Part shown: positions 12,500-25,269 of the stretch, in pieces
Position numbering within the stretch: the first letter of the stretch is position 1
How the letters are laid out: every line of letters starts with the position of its first letter
Assembly: GCA_050575255.1 (NCBI GenBank)
Contig: JBNZDD010013683.1
Coordinates: 1,083,282-1,147,281, forward strand
DNA: 64,000 nucleotides
Direction: 5' to 3'
Source of the DNA: Harriotta raleighana
Lineage: Eukaryota
Translations under genes and position numbers: made by a program
The notes under the pieces: model-generated
Databases searched by the model: none
The model's input: the letters and a program-made list of their open reading frames with translations, nothing else
What the model was told of the DNA's origin: nothing

Positions 12500-12625
12500 C
12501 AATGAGGATTCTCTCAGAATATCCCCAGTAATCATCCATCTCATGGGATATTTAACTGCATGTGAACAGGCAGACAGGAGTTTTGTTTAACACCGCACAA
12601 CACCGACAATGCAAGACATTCCCAA
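12500..12625 (-). mobile_element. Degraded DeuSINE fragment
   Basis: catgggatatttaactgcatgtgaacaggcagacaggagttttgtttaaca is the reverse complement of the Deu-domain core (cf. 56730-56780). Confidence 0.55.
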
Positions 12626-14049
12626 GAAAAAAAATTGTTTGAATTGGGCTTAATCATGGATAACACTATATTTATACACAGCAATTAGTTTTGAAGACTT
12701 AATGTCACCAACATGGGGAGAATAAAGTGTTTTTCTTTACTCTGAAGATAGGTGGTGGAGGGGTGGGGGTAGGGGAGGGATTCTTCAAGGCAACTAGCTT
12801 GATGCAACTTATTATTTTCACTCTCAACTATACAATGCAATAATTAATTTACTACAATTGACTTCAATCATTCAAATTAGTTTTCATGAATTGAAGATAC
12901 GTTACTTGCAGAAATGTTAATTCTACTGTTTTGAAGGCACTGTTACAGTTGCACAAAAGACACAATGCAGAAAATACATTTAGCATGATTAATAGAGCTG
13001 AGATGCTTAAAAGATAAGGGCCCAACTTTGTACAGAGCCATTATTTCTTTTTTTTTTGTAAATGAATTATATTTCTCCTTTTTAAATTATACTAATGTAT
13101 GGCAATGCCTCTGTGACAAGTAGGCTTGACAAAAAGATTAACAGAAACAGTGATTAACCTTTTTTATAGATATTGGTTAAAATGGGTTCATGCACCAATT
13201 AATTCTTCACAAATTCCAATTAAATACTGCCTCCTTTTATCAACAGTTCACACAGGGTTTACAGCTTTAGACATTTTTGTAGATACTGCTTAACTGTACA
13301 AAGAGGTATTGCAGGCACATTTACAATTAACCAAAGGAGCTCAAAGAGACAGCTTATTCTCTAAAATTTAGCACAGAAACGAAATAACTCCAAATTTCGC
13401 TCCACAGTTAATTTAATGGATTAAATGGAGGGAGGAACATCATTCAAGTTGTTCAAGTAGTTTGAAGCCGAGTTCCTGTTTGTAACTGTCTAGTTTTCCT
13501 TTCGGATTGCAATATGGCACCCCAAATGATGGAACTACTGCTCCTTGGGTACAGGGTGTGTGTCCGGGCAGTGGGTAAGATAATGTTGGCAATGGTCTCA
13601 CAACAACAACTTGCATTTATAAAGCACCCTCCAAACCTGATAGTTCCCAGTGCTTCTCAGTCGTGGAATCTGACATGGTGAGCCTATAAGGAGTTCTGGT
13701 ATCTGCTACCTGTCTCGCAAGAAATTAAACAATGTGATCATCAGTTATTTAATGACCAACTGGAAACTATCCTTTTTTGTGGGATGGGGTGGGCTGAGTG
13801 GGGGTTGCAGTGAAAGAGGAGTCTGATTGGGCTGATTTTGCTCTAAGGTAAAATGTTTGCCAATAGACAGTGGACTCTTGGTGACAAGATTGTCAATAAC
13901 AACAACAATATTACACTTGTACCGTATAGAGCCTTTCATGTCAGCTCGGCTTCTTAGTAAGACCAGACCAGACCAGTCACTGGGGCAGGGGTTTTATCCT
14001 GGTGAATGTAATGAGACATCAGAAAAGCTATATCTCTCTTATTTTTAAG

Positions 14050-14338
14050 AGCATTGCCTTCACTCTACTGGGTCTGGCCTCCTCCTTGTCCCCCAAATCC
14101 TCTGTTCCATCATTGGCAGCCGTGCCTTCACCACTACACCCCGAAGCTCTGGAACTCCCTCCCTCACTCTCTTCACCTTGCCCCCTCCGTTCCTATTTTC
14201 AGGACGTGCCTTTCTTTTCTACCGCATTTTCGGTCACTTTTTGCCCCCTCCCTCTGGCTGGGCCCCGGGATCCGCTTTGTGAAGTGCTCTGAGACACCAT
14301 CTGGCATGGAGGGCGCTATATAAATCCAAGTTGTTGTC
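14050..14338 (+). mobile_element. L2 LINE 3' end (decayed ORF2 C-terminus plus tail)
   Basis: Frameshifted translation LHSTGSGLLLVP...IGSRAF / PKLWNSLPHSLHLAPSVPIFR matches the L2 ORF2 end. Tail ggagggcgctatataaatccaagttgttgt. Confidence 0.85.
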
Positions 14339-15382
14339 AGATAGCCTCCAATGTTGTGCCTCTTCCATTGCGATCCACCTGATGGGCTCTGTGAAAGAGG
14401 TTAGCAGATTAGTGTTCAGCTTGTAGCAGCTTTTCACTTGGTGCTTATGTTCATTGGAATCTGGAAATCCCAGACTCTTGACATGGAGTGCTCACAGCTG
14501 TCATAAAAAGAAGGCTTTCATTCCAGCAGTGTGCACTGGATTCAATACTGTGTCCCAGAGGTGAACATTGGGATTGAGATAAAACATCACCCGGTTTCAC
14601 AAGAATATCAGGAATCAGGATTTGGCTCTCCTTTTCCCATCCGACAACAGTACAATCACCAGGGCAATTCTCCAATGACTCGATTTTAATTTCTGCATTC
14701 GTGGAATTTCCAGTCCACCTTTTTCTCATCACCTAGGAGATGGTTGCAGGTCGCACAGGTCCTATAAATCTTTCTCCTGAATTATTCCTGTCATTTCTGA
14801 TCAGTGAGGCGTAAGGTTAACAAAATCTTCAATTTTGATGATTGGAATCCGCAGCGGTAATCAGATACTTTGTACGTTTATGGTCCGCTGACCAGAATTG
14901 ACAGATAATCCCATATTGAAGATAAATTTGCCTGTAGGGGTTGTAATTGAGACTGCAATTTTGCTTTTGAAAAGTTCAAGTCTTGCTTCTTGCTCTTAAA
15001 ACATATTACCCAAATTATTGTTATCACTTTGTCTGTGTAAACCATTCTAGTGGGTGGTGTTCCGAGTTAAACAGATAGCACGTGGAGCATGACAAGAGTG
15101 TCAACTCTTAATATCGTCAATGCAACAGTCTGTGGAGACTGGGGACAGCCACAACACAATTTGAAGGTAGATCGGGTTTGAACACTCAAAGCCGATTGTT
15201 TTATTAAAAGGATGTCCCTAAGTGTGCCAGTTTCCACTCCGGGGAATTGGCATTTCATCTCCCTTAATGTTCAATCAGAGGCAGCTAAATACATTGCCCT
15301 CGTCACCCTGTCCTGGGAGCCAGTGATCCGATCCTAATGACTTGGCATTAATTGTCCAGTGGCTGGGACACACTTTGGGGCA

Positions 15383-15445
15383 AAACAACGACAACAACTT
15401 GCATTTATGCAGCGCCCTTCGTGCTGGACGGCGTGTCGGAGCACA
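15383..15445 (-). mobile_element. L2 LINE 3' tail fragment
   Basis: caacgacaacaacttgcatttatgcagcgcccttcgtgctggacggcgtgtcggagcac is close to the reverse complement of the tail at 14283-14338. Confidence 0.65.
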
Positions 15446-16136
15446 TGCCTGTTTGGACGAAACAGCTAATGTCGCCATTTCACAAGAAATCCATCCAACA
15501 GTTGCACAGATCCATCGTGCAGATCGACATAGGGGGCTGATTGGCTAAAGTGCTGCCCGTCACATTGAAGTCTGCGAGCAGAGAAGTTCCAATCCGTTGC
15601 AGAAAACCTTGGCAGTTCTTCATCACCATAGAGACGAGAGCTCGGATGCGATGCATGGAGGATAAATAGTACAAAAGCTGTGCAGTAGTGGTTCAGCATT
15701 TAGCTCTCAATGTTTATGTGGATTTTCTTTTTCCTAAGCAGCATGATTTAAAAGTACTCTCTTTTCTTTTTGGAGCACTGTTAGGGTGTGAGGGTATACC
15801 CTGATAGGTGGTTAGTGTTGCAGGAATAGTGCTCTAGATTGCAGCTCAAAGGACATTCATTTGGGTTTGAACAATTTGAGTCGCCTTGAAAAGTCAAAAG
15901 TATCATGGTTAAACAGCAGTGAAGGCCACTTTGTTCATTCAGATATGGACTTGGCCTTGTTGCCTTTGTTGAAAGGTCTGAGATCCAGCAAATGAACAAT
16001 ACAGAGAAATACAAAGTGTGTTTCAAAGCAACCATTGCTCTGTCCTACCCCGAATAAGAAATAGATATTCGAAGCTGGGAGTCTTGAAGTCTTACTGATA
16101 GCACCAGAAGAGAAGAGAGTTGTGACATTCTACTGA

Positions 16137-16228
16137 ATAATAGTAATAATAACCCCTGCATTTGATATACAGAAGTACTTCTCACATCTTCATGATGTCT
16201 CAAAGCACTTCACAGAATATACCGTAAT
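16137..16228 (-). mobile_element. SINE 3' tail fragment
   Basis: aataataacccctgcatttgatata...cacatcttcatgatgtctcaaagcacttcacagaatataccgtaa. Confidence 0.75.
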
Positions 16229-17859
16229 ATAATCATAAATAATAATTTAATAATATATCATCATAAATATAAAAGCATATCAAGTCGCTGAGTGAGCAAG
16301 TGTGTGTCACCCAGCAGGCCAAAGAGCAACGCAGATGAAGCCTAATGCCAAGTCTACCATACCAAAACAGAAAGAGAAATCGAGACTGAGAAAGGGAGTG
16401 AGACAGGAGAAAAGAATGAGAAAGAGAGCGGGACAGAAAATGCGGGACCGAGTCAAGGAGAAAAAGAGAAACCAGTAGGAATTGGAATCAGGAAAATTGC
16501 CTCAGGGGTTCTACAAATCAAATCAATTGTGAGTAGAACAAAGACAAGTGGATTAATATAGGTCTCAATTGTAAGTAAGAAATTCCTCATGCAATGACCA
16601 TTTTGTACAAGACCTGCAGTACAGTATAATACATTACAGAAGATAAGTTCAGTTCATCTCATTGTTTTGCCAATTTTCTTTTATTACAGGGAACTGTGAA
16701 CCTAGAGCCACCAGTCAGTGGTTGGCAAACCAAATACATTTTTCTTTACTGAATATTTCTTGATTGATGTTTACTGGATAAACATCGCTACTCAGCATCT
16801 TTTGGAAACACAATATTGATTTAACACACACTTACCTAGACTAGTGTGAATGTTCAGCAGGCCACTTCTGTGCCATGGGCTGGCCACAACTGACCTAGAA
16901 ACTATTTGATGTCTTCCGTGTTTTATAATCTATTATACAACTATTCATACGCTTAAATATTATATGGTTTTAGAATAGAGAAATTCATTTGATTTTATTA
17001 CGAGAGACGAATTTCTGCATATATATGCTGCTCTTCCATCCACTCTATGTATTGATTGCATGAGATGAAGGAATATTGCACAGGATGAATTTTTCAGTAA
17101 ATTCCCATTGAATATTTGGCACATTTTCTCCACATGTGGAAGAAATTCACACACGTGCACACAAAATGACATCGTGCACGCATTAGCTTTCCTAGGGCTG
17201 GAACGAGTGCTGAGGAGGCAGTCACTGGGGTTGGGATTTTGGTGGTGAATCAAGTCACTGTTGCAGGATTTTTGGGGACCAAGCAACAATTAATGTGACA
17301 AAGTCAAAGTCATCAATCTCCTCTGTTCGCTTTGCAAGCACATGCTAAATATATAGGTAACATCATTGCTCTTTTCCACCAGGCACCTGACTGGAATGAA
17401 GGTTCACAGAACTCATGCAGTTATGCCAGCTTTATTTGGCAAATCAAAGTGATCCCAGTCTATGAATTGAATGAAGCAATGCTGGTGTTCCATTGTATTA
17501 GAAATTTACAGCACAGAAAGAGAATGTCTATTCTATGCAGTGTTCGGCTCTATTAAAGAGCAATTCCAAATTTAATTCCGAGTCGGTGCGCGTTTCAACT
17601 GTACAATTTTGAAAATGCTCCTCAACGCTTCCCTATTTTGCGCCACAGACAGGCTGGGAAAATCCTCGCTGACACCTTCAGCAGCTGTTAACCTATCATC
17701 AGTCAAGATATGAGATGCGCATAATAAGGAGGCTTGAATCACAGCACCTACGTGCCTTGGCAGACAAACGAGTCAGGCAATTTTCTGGAAACCACTGGTC
17801 TGCACAGCTAGATCTCTCAGCGCTGTGTGTGCGGGGTGCGTGCGTGCGTGTACAACGAC

Positions 17860-18260
17860 ACCGTCAAGATCACTGGTGTCAAATTAGTTGTTGGGATAAT
17901 TATTACATTAATTTGACAGAAACATGCCTTTTTCCCTCACTCCACTCCTTAATAATATGTAGGCCTTCCCAAGAGATTTATTCGGGCTGTTTAACCCTTT
18001 TGCTGAGAAAAAGCTTATATAAATATTTGAAAACTTCAGTGCTTCCAGGATGACAGGAAGCTTTATTATTCCCCTGACGCCAGCGCATAATGTATATTAA
18101 AAGGAAGCGAACAAATTCACACCGTGCTTGGCTGCAGAATCACACCCGATGGGGTCAAAGTTTACCGCTGAACTACTTTGCTGCACCAGTTGTAGACGTA
18201 AGGTAATCAATGTTTATTTTATTCTTTATGAAGAAAGCATAAGGAGAGATAAAACACACA
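17860..18260. promoter_or_regulatory. Candidate conserved non-coding element / enhancer
   Basis: Repeat-free, retains CpGs, and is dense in homeodomain/TALE-type motifs (taattattacattaatttgacag, atgacagg, taatcaat). Conservation not tested. Confidence 0.3.
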
Positions 18261-18552
18261 GTTCCTTACAAGCAGAATGGCTACAGACCCGATAGGTTTG
18301 CACTGCCTGGCCAAATGTACAATATTCACTGGGATATCATCATTCCACCCACAAAATGTATAGTCAGTTCACTTTGCAGTCGATTCTGTAAAGTACTTTG
18401 GTGCCCTGAATCCCCTTTTCCTTTGCCCGTTATGCTGATTTATCGTTAATCCCAATGTGCAGCCTTTGCTACATATAATTCCTTGCTTATTAAAAGATCA
18501 CAGTATTGCTTTCAGTCCTTCTTTCTCTCACCCACTCTTCCTCTACCTGGAT

Positions 18553-18614
18553 ACCCCGGTTTGGTTTCCCCTTCGAATCCAGAGACACAGAAGTCAAATT
18601 TAGTGCTCCAACTG
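18553..18614 (-). mobile_element. Possible LF-SINE-like remnant
   Basis: accccggtttggtttccccttcgaatccagagacacagaagtcaaatttagtgctccaactg resembles my recalled LF-SINE reverse strand (accctggctgattttcccctccctagcccaggggcactgaggccaattgtagtgcccctactg). Confidence 0.35.
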
Positions 18615-19479
18615 GTGCTCCATCAGAATCCAAGAATCTTTTACCATTGGATATTTCTGCAACGACGACACAAGTATAATTTGAAATACATCTGGTTTAG
18701 CACATATCAGACAGCAGTGAACTCTGGGTTGCTTTCGTTGAGGGGTCAAACAGGAACGAGAAGAGATTGAGGTCAGTGAGAAACGAGGAACGATAAGAAC
18801 AAGTTGCTCTTTCTTTCCCCACTTTGTCCAATGCTTTTCTACTGCAGGAATTGATCACATCATTACGAGGATGGAAACTAACAACAGCCAAGTTACAAAT
18901 CTCTAGATGCTGCTGAAGTAAAACTCCCCAAGAGGAACACATTGGCAATAATTCCAACAATTTTCTCTGAAGAATTTTCCAATTTGTTACTGTTGCAGTA
19001 TCTATAATTCAGTTTGGACCACTGATCTCCTCTTTGTGTGCTTTATTAACATTGAAAGAACTGGTTGCTTTTATAGAGTACATTTGGGAAGTTTGGAAGA
19101 GTGGTTGCAAATCATTTAACGGAACAATCGTGCTCAAATAACGCTTTTAGACTCAAATGTGTGTTTCAGACTGAGAGGCAGCAATTCAACTCTTTGATCC
19201 ACCAAGGCAATTAGGGAGAAAGTCTTAAGGATGACCAAGGTGATGTGAGATAGATAAAAGATCCTCCAAACAAAAGTGCATTTCATAATGAGAGTTGCGG
19301 TTCAGCAACGTATGGGAGTTGGGAGAGCAACAACAGAAAATGAATGAGACAAAAGCAACCTTGCAGAATATCTGTGCAAGACTTGGCATTTTCCCCATTA
19401 TCTGGCCTGCATTTATCGGCATTTGACAACTGAAGAAGCAGTGGCAAAATAAACACAGCTAAATAGAAAGAAAGAATAA

Positions 19480-19550
19480 ACTGAAGGAAAGAAAGACAAA
19501 GAGAGAGAGAGAATGAGGGAGAGAGAGAGAGAATGAGGGAGAGAGAGAAG
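19480..19550. repeat. GA-rich simple repeat
   Basis: (ga)n runs with a duplicated gagagagagagaatgaggga unit. Confidence 0.85.
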
Positions 19551-20124
19551 TCTGACAGGCAGCAGATAGACTGAGGTCAACAGGTAAGCAGAATGATGGT
19601 GATCGACAGATAGAATAGCATTGAGACAGCCACAAAAGGAAGAATCCGAGCGACACGGCAATAGAAACAGGCAATTTGAGAAAGTTAAAAACAGTGTGAC
19701 AAGTACATACAAGGGCATGGTTAAAGACAGACAAGAGAGACAAAAGATGGGAAGCAGACTGGTGCTATTAGAAATGAAAGGGGATAGAGATAAGGCAAAA
19801 GCCCCATTTACGCTGATACGCCTACTAAATATTTCTGCCAATTTTCTTCAGTCACTGGAAAGCAGATACGTACACAGGCAACAGTATGGAATTCAAAGTT
19901 TATGATTAATGCAAACTGGCTGCAAATTTTCTCCACATTCATCAATGCTAATGTTGGTCAGGCAGCAATTCTTGTTTTCTGAACATTTATGCTAGCATAA
20001 AGGGTTCATACACGTGACAGAAGTAGATCCAGGTATTTTTGCTACATTGGCACCCGGTAGGGAGAAATGGCGGGAGGTATAAGTTTTTTCCAGACGGTTT
20101 ATTTAAACAATTTAGATTCAGGCC

Positions 20125-20312
20125 TGGCTGATTCAGTTACTCTCTCATCTCAGGAGGGCAGAAGGTTGTGGATTAAAGCCTTATGTCAGGATTTTCAGTT
20201 TAAGTTGATATTCCAATTCAGTGATCAGAGTGCAAAGTATTCAGAAATGACATTCTTCAGAAGACAGGTCCTTGAAGTTGAACCAAGGCATCATCTGCCT
20301 ATTTTGGTGAAA
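20125..20312 (+). mobile_element. Highly degraded DeuSINE 5' part
   Basis: Head-like cagaaggttgtggattaaagcc followed by Deu-like aaccaaggcatcatctgcctattttggtga. Confidence 0.45.
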
Positions 20313-20917
20313 TAATATAATATAATTTGCCATAATGTACAGTGTTAATTAAAATGGACTCTTGTTGTGCACCTGACCTAAAGATCTGTCTTAAACATTT
20401 GTCATTTTGTAAAGGTTTGAATTACTGATCGGAAGTAACACAATATACCATGGAGGGAAAAATTGTAGTACATGATTTGCTAATTATCATACAATTCTAA
20501 TTATAATATAACACATCAAATTCCCCCTTTCAGTGTGAGCAATAAATAGGCTTCCCTACAGGTTTTAATTTTTCTGAATTAGTTATAATCTAGATATTAA
20601 AAATATTTACATGCTCATAAACTCTTGCTGAAGACATCATTAAAAAGGTAATCACACTTCCTGAGCAGCCTCGGGACAATCAAATAACTGTTCAGATCTG
20701 CTCTAAAAAGCAATATCTGGACTTCTTTCATATATGTGGAGAAATTCCACCTGTGTCTAGATTTACTTGATTTATGTGCAGCCTTGATTTTGAAGCTTAT
20801 TTTCTGAATGTTTGTTAAAGACAACAGACTTGAAAGTTAATTATGAGTTCATCAATTTGTTAACGAAGACGTGCCATTATATAGGCTTATCAGGTTTCCC
20901 ACAGCCAAAGAAGGATC

Positions 20918-21008
20918 AAGGCAGGGAGCTCCAGAGGTTTGAGGTGTAGTGGGTGAAGGCACAGCTGCTGATAATGGAGCGGAGGGGTTAGGGGATGCAA
21001 TAGATAGA
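20918..21008 (-). mobile_element. L2 ORF2 C-terminal fragment
   Basis: Minus strand tccgctccattatcagcagctgtgccttcacccactacacctcaaacctctggagctccctgcct parallels 14100-14165. Confidence 0.7.
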
Positions 21009-21064
21009 GTAAAAATGGGCTTAGGTGTAATTTCTCCTCGCTGATAACTCAAGCACTCTAATAG

Positions 21065-21366
21065 AATTATAATAATAATATAGTCCATTTCAGTATTCTA
21101 GACATCTCAAAGAGCTTCACAGAATACACTGTAAAGTGAATTGACTGTATATTTGTCAGCTAAATGTAGCACCCAATTGCGCACACCAGTGTCCCACAAA
21201 CAGTCGTGGATTGAAATGACCAATTTATGATAGATTTGTTTTGGACAGATTATTATTAGGCATGTGGAGTAAGGAAACTTGCCCAACGCTTTGCCTTGCC
21301 TGGAATCACACTCAGGCCTCATGCTTATAAGGCGAGTGCTCTAACCATTGAGCTACTGGACTCCAC
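21065..21366 (-). mobile_element. Near full-length tRNA-derived SINE (main family)
   Basis: Head gtggagtccagtagctcaatggttagagcactcgccttataagcatgagg, body ttgggcaagtttccttactccacatgcc...gactgtttgtgggac, and (tta)n tail. Confidence 0.9.
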
Positions 21367-22355
21367 AGAGTTATGTTGATGATGCATGCCAATGCTTGAA
21401 TGGCCTGTGAACTGCTGCTATCAATGTTGTATCTCACGGAAACTTGAGAATCAAAAAAGGTGGGGATCCTGAAGCCACCTGAAGCCAACTTAAAGTCTGG
21501 CACGTTTCTGCCAAAATGAAACATTTTTGATGTGATGCACTACAAATATTCCACCACACTGTTTTGTATTGAACCTCTTTTACTTTCTACTGTAGCAGCA
21601 TTCATTACTTCACCAAACAAATCATGTATTTTGTGACTGCTAAGTTTGCTACAATACTTTAATCAGAAACTCACAAGATATGCAGCAATGGCGAACACTG
21701 CTATTTTCACTTCCATCACTGTTACAAGACAAAGAATGCTCTTGCACGCTTTATGCTGAAATATAAAAAACGGGATCAACATTATAACCATTGTTTCAAA
21801 GTTTCAAATATTTTTTAGAATAAACCAGGCAGGCAGCCTCTGAAGTGTTTTTGCTTACAAATACAGTAAGAAGCACAGTTTTACATATGTGGTGACAATG
21901 TATTTTGATGATCTCAACAGCTGGATCCATTGGGACATTATTAACTGTAAGAAATATAGGAAGTTTAGAGTGGAAGACAAGTCACAGTCAGCAGTGAAAG
22001 ACCAATTATAGCACCATCTGTAGGAGCAGAAAGGATCTGACAGGGCATGCACAAATAGTGTGCATGTGTGTGTATGTAATTGGTCTATTAAAGGTGTTTT
22101 TACCCCTTTCATAGGAACTTTATGATGTTTTGTGGGGTGTATAATGACCTCATCCCTTGCTTGTATCTAAATAACATACAAATCTAACAGAACAGAAGCT
22201 TTGAAACTCTACCTCAATCCCTCTGACATGCCCCCTCCTTCCCCTCTTTTAGATCACGCCAAAGACCTTTCTCTTCAACCATACTTAGTTACTTGCTCAC
22301 TTGCTTGCTTACTTAGTTATGGTATCGTGCTTTGCCACTATTCAGTGCACGAAGA

Positions 22356-22401
22356 AACTGCTTTGATCTAGTTCACAGGAGTGAACTAGATCAAAGCAGT
22401 T
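22356..22401. repeat. Perfect 21 bp inverted repeat with 4 nt loop
   Basis: aactgctttgatctagttcac - agga - gtgaactagatcaaagcagtt; the arms are exact reverse complements. Confidence 0.95.
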
Positions 22402-23439
22402 CATGGGAAAGGGAGCCTTTAGTTCAGCATTGGCATGTGACTTGCAATCAATGCAAACCAGTTTTGTTGATTTGATGCTATTTCTGCTTTGCTAGAGGCC
22501 AGTTTTACAGCTAACAAAAGCTGCAGATTGCCACAGTGCATAGAAATCCAACATAAACATCAGAGATGCAAGAAATAGATGCTCGGGAGAGAGTGAGATC
22601 ACATCTTGCTGAGACAAACTAATTTCCTGCCCTTTTAGACCAAAGAACAACCTTGGGAAACATGGGATCAATTTTTGGCTTTGTTTACCCTCGTTTCCCC
22701 CATTCCCCTACGAGAAGATTTAGCAAGCCTGGCAATGTGTCTGCGCAGATGGGGTGGCACGGATCAGTGCCCTATAAACACAGACGTTTAACAGAATTTC
22801 AACCTGTATCAGAAAGGATAAAAACATTCTCATCCTCTATTCAGAATGACTGCGCAGTTCCTTGCATCTACACAATACGCGAAGAGACACGCAAATTCAT
22901 TTAGGCACTATTTCAGTAAACTGTTAACACTGCAAATAACAAACGTTAACAGTTACTGGGTGGATACACTGATGCATTTCCCATGTGCACCTTCATCATC
23001 TTTAAGTGTACTTCACTGCACTTAAACACATGGAAACCCCTTGTGTTCTAACAGGATTTTAATACGTTTCATTCCGCATGGTGCAAGCAATATAAAACAA
23101 TGAATATAGTGCATTAAACACTCTCAGGGTGGGTATCTTCACAGATTCTGGATGGCCAACTTCGGTAGATTGATATCACTTCCATCACTGTTACAACAGC
23201 CCAGCCAGTTTCTAATAGAAATGTGCCTTTTTTGACATCCGCTGCCATGCTACAAGGAGAATGTGTGTTGGCAGGGAACAACATGACGGCTTTGGGGAAG
23301 GCAAGTCAATCAATCATGAACACCTGGCGAAATGTACTGCCTACCACAGCTGTTTGATCCAAATGTATTCTTGACTGGTCACTGTGACCCGAGTCACTGT
23401 GGTGGTCTCAGAGACAAACAACCTTTCAAGCTTGTACTT

Positions 23440-23977
23440 AATTTTATGTGGGAGAAACATAAACTTATACAATCAACCCACGTTACAGTATATTTTGTTA
23501 AGCGCTTTAAGACATCTTGAAGACGTGATATGGCGCAATATTAAATGCAAGGACTAAAGATGGATCGCAGACATGACAGGAAAATACCATTTTATTTTTC
23601 TCTATTACTCCCATCCCATTCCCACCTACTCAATATGAGAGTTTGGAATTGAGGATTTTAAAATCGATAATACAAGACTGTCATACAACAAGCTGATGAT
23701 TCAAGCACGTTTATAGGCACCTACTGGATAACACCCAAGAACATCTACTTTGCTCACTAGAGAGAAGCCTGGTCTCTCCTCCCACCTCATCCCACCGTAA
23801 ATCAAATTGATCACTCACTTCAGGGTTAGTGGGACACTGCTGTGCTTTAGCTGGTTGCTGTGATCACTTACAAAAATACAGTCTCTACACTTCACAGTAA
23901 ATAATGTGAAGCGCTTTGAGACATCCTCTAGAAGTGATGGGAGCTACATCAAATTTAAGCATTATTATTATTATTAT
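23440..23977 (+). mobile_element. Two degraded SINE 3' fragments (23440-23555 and 23815-23977)
   Basis: Each has ...aagcgcttt.agacatc...aaat(gc/tt)aag. The second also has gtgggacactgctgtgc and a (tta)n tail. Confidence 0.7.
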
Positions 23978-23999
23978 ATTTCAATCACAATAAGGGAGC

Positions 24000-24480
24000 C
24001 AAGGGCAATAAACAGAGTAATCACAGAGATCAACTGAAGCTGCCAAATCCACCCTAGCAATAAATGTTCTCAATGATTCCAGTCAAACAAGTAAAAGGGT
24101 CCACTTAATCAGAGCCAGAGTTTCACCGTAATTCCGCTTAGAAAAATGAAAGATAGGTGAAGATCACCTAACAGATGAGCACAGCTTGTTATTTATGAAG
24201 TTAGCAATGCGCTAAGCATTCCACAACCTCATTTCTTAAACCGAAGTGACAGCTCTTGATCTCATTGGGTTCGCCTCTCTGGTGCAGAGCCCGTTCATTA
24301 AGGTAATACTTAATCTGCCAGATTGCCTAGGTGTGGCGCAAAATCCACTTTGCACACTCCTCAATACTGATTGGAAGGCTTGCAATAAATACTGGAACAG
24401 CACAGCACCAAGTTATAGGCCTGTGCAAGTCTCCCTCCGCAAATAGTCGTAACTCTTATCAGTAATTTAACCTCCCTTAG
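24000..24480. promoter_or_regulatory. Candidate conserved non-coding element
   Basis: Repeat-free with multiple taat/caataaa/tttatg/tgacag motifs and retained CpGs. Conservation not tested. Confidence 0.25.
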
Positions 24481-24766
24481 AAAGGACAAAACCACTCTTA
24501 TCTAGGGAGCCAAGAGCTTCTCACTCTTCTCATTTCGTAGCTCTGACCTGCTGGAACCCAAATGGCTTATAACATTCTGAACAGAAGATCTAAAGGTAGG
24601 CAAATGGGTTTTACATGTTCTCAGTCTGCAGGTCAGGGATTGCCTGGGAGCAAGAGTTATGTACAAAAACTTTTTTTTTTTTTAAAAGAACCACTTAACA
24701 CTGTGATGGGACGATGGTAGGATAGGTGCTCTGGAAGGATGTGATCAGAACTCATTTTGTGATCTT

Positions 24767-25101
24767 AATAATAAATAATAATAATAATCCTTGCATTTGA
24801 TATAGCGCTTTTCACATCTTATCGACGTCCCAAAGCGCTTCACAGAATATACTGTAAAGTGAATTGACTGTATATTTGTAGGAGGAATGCGGCAGCCAAT
24901 TGCGCACAGCAGCGTCCCACAAACAGTCGTGGATTGAAAGGACCAATTTTATTATTGTGTTTTTTTTTTGGAGGGATTATTATTAGGCATGTGGAGTAAG
25001 GAAACTTGCCCAAGGTTTCACCCTGATCTGCCTGGATTCGAACACAGGTCTCATGCTTGTAAGGCGAGTGCTCTAACCACTAAGCCACAGGAGCTCCACA
25101 A
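24767..25101 (-). mobile_element. Full-length young tRNA-derived SINE
   Basis: Intact A box TGGCTTAGTGG and B box GTTCGAATCC, CpGs retained, (tta)n tail. Probable 5 bp TSD atctt at 24762-66 and 25102-06. Confidence 0.95.
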
Positions 25102-25269
25102 ATCTTGTGAGGATAAAAGTTAAAGAAAAGAAAACAAAAACCAAAAGCTGGCTGGGAATAGTTTGCTGCTGTGTGATTGTAAGGAGAGCTTTTTATGAAG
25201 ATGTTTGCTCCGAAGCTGTACTTTCAAGAAGCTAACCAGAACTTTTGTGATTAAGCAGCAGTTTGTGGG

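Noticed and set aside
12758-12780. G-quadruplex-like runs (also ~13781, 48561 and 63595)
   Set aside because: These are short G-rich simple sequences at an ordinary frequency, with no promoter context.
19413-19905. Overlapping long ORFs rich in S/L or R/E/K
   Set aside because: They arise from GA/CT low-complexity sequence that lacks stop codons.
25030-25099. tRNA gene (A and B boxes present; likewise at 21300, 26731, 39535 and 49966)
   Set aside because: It is the tRNA-derived head of a SINE. It runs directly into the SINE body, lacks a proper acceptor stem and the anticodon region varies among copies.
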